NCBI RefSeq assembly: GCF_963921235.1
Contig: NC_086108.1
Coordinates: 74,774,001-74,838,000, forward strand
Direction of reading: 5' to 3'
From: Mobula hypostoma
Lineage: Eukaryota
DNA length: 64,000 nt
Shown here: positions 60,861 to 64,000 of the stretch, in pieces
Numbering within the stretch: the first letter of the stretch is position 1
Layout of the letters: the number at the start of each line of letters is the position of its first letter
Made by a program: the position numbers and the translations under genes
Notes under the pieces: generated by a model
The model's database searches: none
What the model was told of the DNA's origin: nothing
The model's input: only the letters and a program-made list of their open reading frames with translations

Positions 60861-62719
60861 CGTTGGGGGGGGGTGGGGGGTGGTTACTGTCCTGGTCCCG
60901 GCCATCCAGCTTTCCATCCGCTCATCGCCAGTGTGGTGATTCACGTTCCTGGCCGCTTAGGATTGTGCATTCTAAGTTTTGTTTCAGCACTGTGGTTTGC
61001 CTGTGTTAACTCTGTCTCTCCGTGTCAAGAGAAGCATTGTCTGCCGCCTGCCTTTCTGTTCATCCTCCTGTTTGCCGTTCAGCTCCAGCCACGCTCACAC
61101 CATCGTCTGCATCCCAACTCTAGCTCTGTGCTAGTGTCCTGCGTTTGGGTTCACCCATTCTTTGCAACAAATTTGGAGTATCATGTGCAATTTTGGTCAC
61201 CTACCTACAGGAAAGGTGCAAATACGATTGAAAGAATGCAGAGAAAATTTACAAGGATGTTACTGGGACTTGAGGACCTGAGTTATAGGGAAAATTTGAA
61301 TAGATTTATTTTCTTTATTCCCTAGAATGGAGAATGGAGAAGATTGAGGGGAGATTTGTTGGAGGTATAAAAATTATGAGGGGTATAGATAGGGCAAATG
61401 CCAGCAGACATTTTCCATTGAGTGAGACTGCAAGTAGAAGTCAGGATTAAGCGTGAAAATGTTTAAGTGGAACATGAGGGGGAGCTTCTTCCCTGAGAAG
61501 GTGATGAGAATGTAAAACAAGCTGTCAGCACAAGTGGTGGATGCAGGTTTGATTTCAACATTTAAAAAAAAATTGGATAGGTATATGGTGGGAAGGTTAT
61601 GAAGGGCTATGGCAGATTAATGGTTCAGTACAGGATAGATAGGCTGAAAGGCCTTTTTCTGTTCTGTAGTGTTCAATGACTCTATGACCAGGAGGTTAGA
61701 TTGTGTGGCTGGAACCCTAATCTTCTGTGCATCTGACATATTGAATAACAATTTGAAAACTAGAGTACTTCCAGTGATTCTTCCCTTTCCAAATACTTAG
61801 GCTCAAATTTCTTTCCGGGTATCAGCATCATGTCTTTGCAGGATTCCAGCTTTTCCCCTTTCATTTATGTCAACTCATGTGTCTCAGCCATTTGAAGAGG
61901 AGTCAGCACTCATCTCCATTCGTAGCTGACATCTCAGCTTTAATCCATCACCAAGGTTCTGCTCTGATGCACTTCCAGTTACTCATGGAAAGTTGAGGGC
62001 GTTCAATCTAAATCTGAGCCTGGATCTGTCAGTCTGGTGAATTTGCCTCTTTAAAAATGTTATGCAGATTGACAAAACAAAGTGAAAAATACCAAAAACA
62101 ATGTGGCAGAAATTGATGGGAATTGTGCTCAATTTTTGAGTAAAGTCACAGCTGTAAAACACACTGGTTTACCACCGGGGCAGCTGGTGCCTGATATGTG
62201 TTATATATGTGCTGTCTTTGCTCTATGGAGTCTTAAGTCAGAAGCTTCTTCATTGCTTATTGTCAACTCCAAAACTTTTACCACTGTTGGATGGTGTTTG
62301 TCAGGATTAACACCACATTCACAGAGCAACTGCCAGCAGGAGGTTCATATTGAGGAGAAGTGGATCAGGTTGTGCCTTTTTTCAACTGAAGACTGAAAGG
62401 AAAGATACCCTCAACTTTGGAGTTGCTGGAACCAAGAAAAGGAGATTTCTGAAAATTATGATGCCTATAAAAGAAGATGCTGAGAATGCATAGCAAATGC
62501 AAAATTTCAGCAGAGTCACTATATCGTGAAGTTTGTCAGTAATCTTTCTCTGCACTGCATTTGTTACTGGTACAGTACACCTAAAAGTTTAATTGAATTT
62601 GCTGTCCTCAGCTAATGCAGTCTATGTTTCATATCCAAGTAAAATAGTACATTATACAGAGCAAAGATTATCAGTGCTGATTTTTAAACTGTATTCTGAA
62701 TTAGTTAAGAAAACAGCAA

Positions 62720-62900
62720 GCTGGGTTCAAATTCGCTGATCTCTGTAAGGAGAGTCTGCATTCTCTCCATGACTGTACGGATTTCCCCGGGTCCTCCGGT
62801 TTCCTCCCATATTCCAAAGTCGTACAGGTTGGTAGGTTAATTGGACATGGGTGTAACTGAGCAGAAGAGTCTGTTACTCTACCTCTAAGCAAATTTACAA
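62720..62900 (+). mobile_element. V-SINE fragment
   Basis: B box 'gggttcaaattc' and V domain 'ggagagtctgcattctctccatgactgtacggatttccccgggtcctccggtttcctcccatattccaaag'. Confidence 0.8.
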
Positions 62901-63682
62901 ACAAACAAATAAATAAATAAACAAACAGATATATTTATAGATAGAATGATAAATAAATAAAACTCTCTATGCTTCACTAACTTTTCAGGGAAACTCAGGA
63001 TGGGCAGTAGATTCTGACTTTGGCAACACCACCCAAATCTTAAAAGCAAATTAAATTGAATTTTGTGTTCACTGATTCCCAGCTGCAGAAATGCTCACAG
63101 CATTTTGCTCGATTAACTCTTAAGTCTGACATGCCTTAGGTGCATTTTGTGTTCAAATGCAGGAAAATTGGAGCTGCAGTTCTACTCCTCATGATAAATT
63201 TTATAAGCTTGTGGGGGCCACAATGTACAGGGATATTCGAGATTGTTGGAGTGGAAATACAGCACAGAAGACTCCCATCTCAAACTTTCTCATCTTAATC
63301 TATAAACTTTAATACAAATGAGTTTCCTATTATTGGTGGAAATTCAAACATATGGCAATATATTTCCAAGTGAAATACGGTAATGATGATTTCCTGCTTG
63401 TCTCTCATCAAACCAGAGGTTTTGGTCATGTGTCATCTTGATCCGCTGATGTGACTTGACATCAGAGGCACACAGTTTTCCCCCGTGTAACACTCTTTTT
63501 CATCCATTGTGACCAAGCTTGGGCACTCCACGGGTAGCCTGGGTTTTCCCAGTTTAGCATTGCATGTGACATTATCACTTAATCCTTTATTTATTGTTCT
63601 GTCAAGAGGACAGCCATCACAGACTGTATTAATTCCCTCTCACTTCAGCATTCCTTGTCTTTTGATTCCCTTTTCCTGCACT

Positions 63683-64000
63683 CACAAGATCACAAGACAA
63701 AGGAGCAGAAGTAGGCCATTCGGCCCATCGAGTCTGCTCCGCCACTCCACCATGAGCTAAACTATTCTCCCATCTAGTTCCAATTTCCGTTTTTTTCCCC
63801 ATATCCCTTGATACCCTGACTAATTAGATACCTATAAATCTCCTCCTTAAACATCCTCAATGTTCGGGCCTCCACAGCTGTACGTGGCAACGAATTCCAT
63901 AAATCCACGACCCTCTGGCTAAAAAAATTTCTCCTAATCTCTGTTTTAAATGGGTACCCTCTAATTCTAAGATTGTGGCCTCTTGTCCTGGACTCACCCA
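63683..64000 (-). mobile_element. CR1 3' end, continuing beyond the window
   Basis: 'cacaagatcacaagacaaaggagcagaagtaggccattcggcccatcgagtctgctcc', the same 3' UTR as at 14950-16250. Confidence 0.85.

Larger units (their letters stand above)
52258..61169 (+). mobile_element. Sushi/Tf1-type Gypsy LTR retrotransposon, non-autonomous. 5' LTR 52258-52597 plus 57727-58020; 3' LTR 60888-61169
   Basis: TG...CA ends; 5-bp TSD AATTT (52253-52257 / 61170-61174); LTR homology between 57742-58020 and 60909-61169; G-rich PPT at about 60865-60883. Confidence 0.93.
48220..61690 (+). mobile_element. CR1 LINE (5' UTR and ORF1 start 48220-48706; EN-RT about 50040-52257; 3' end 61170-61690), split by nested insertions
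   Basis: ORF1 zinc finger CSSC...CKKC from ATG 48389; EN VVKVGD; RT YMGFSKAVDKVPH. The LVRPN|LEY codons are interrupted exactly at the LTR insertion. Linking the 5' piece to the ORF2 piece is an inference. Confidence 0.8.

Noticed and set aside
60729..61325. 198-aa ORF
   Set aside because: Chance read-through of the integrase tail, PPT, 3' LTR and CR1.

Overview
Repeat-dense vertebrate DNA, most likely a cartilaginous fish (inferred from the mix of CR1, Rex1/Babar, V-SINE and Penelope-like repeats). No host protein-coding exon could be identified, so the window is probably intronic or intergenic. Almost all listed ORFs are decayed transposon fragments. Highlights: (1) A nested locus at 48.2-61.7 kb, where a CR1 LINE contains a sushi/Tf1-type Gypsy element (5-bp TSD), whose 5' LTR contains a Gmr1-type Gypsy element (4-bp TSD, tRNA-Pro PBS). 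(2) The sushi-type element has lost its RT, RNase H and integrase core and instead carries about 1 kb of Glu/Lys/Ser-rich, host-like coding sequence in frame with pol; a possible BOD1L1 C-terminal origin is tentative. It also shows a self-priming PBS signature. (3) The Gmr1 element has an in-frame deletion of RT and most of RNase H, which joins integrase to the RNase H C-terminal motif. (4) Several Penelope-like elements with TSDs carry minimal hammerhead ribozymes; one core is intact and the others are disrupted mostly at CpG positions. (5) An IR-DR Tc1 transposon, a mariner-derived MITE, RTE and L2 relics, SINEs, a solo LTR and a few unexplained direct and inverted repeats. All calls come from reading the sequence by eye; no database searches were run, and boundaries of decayed elements are approximate.
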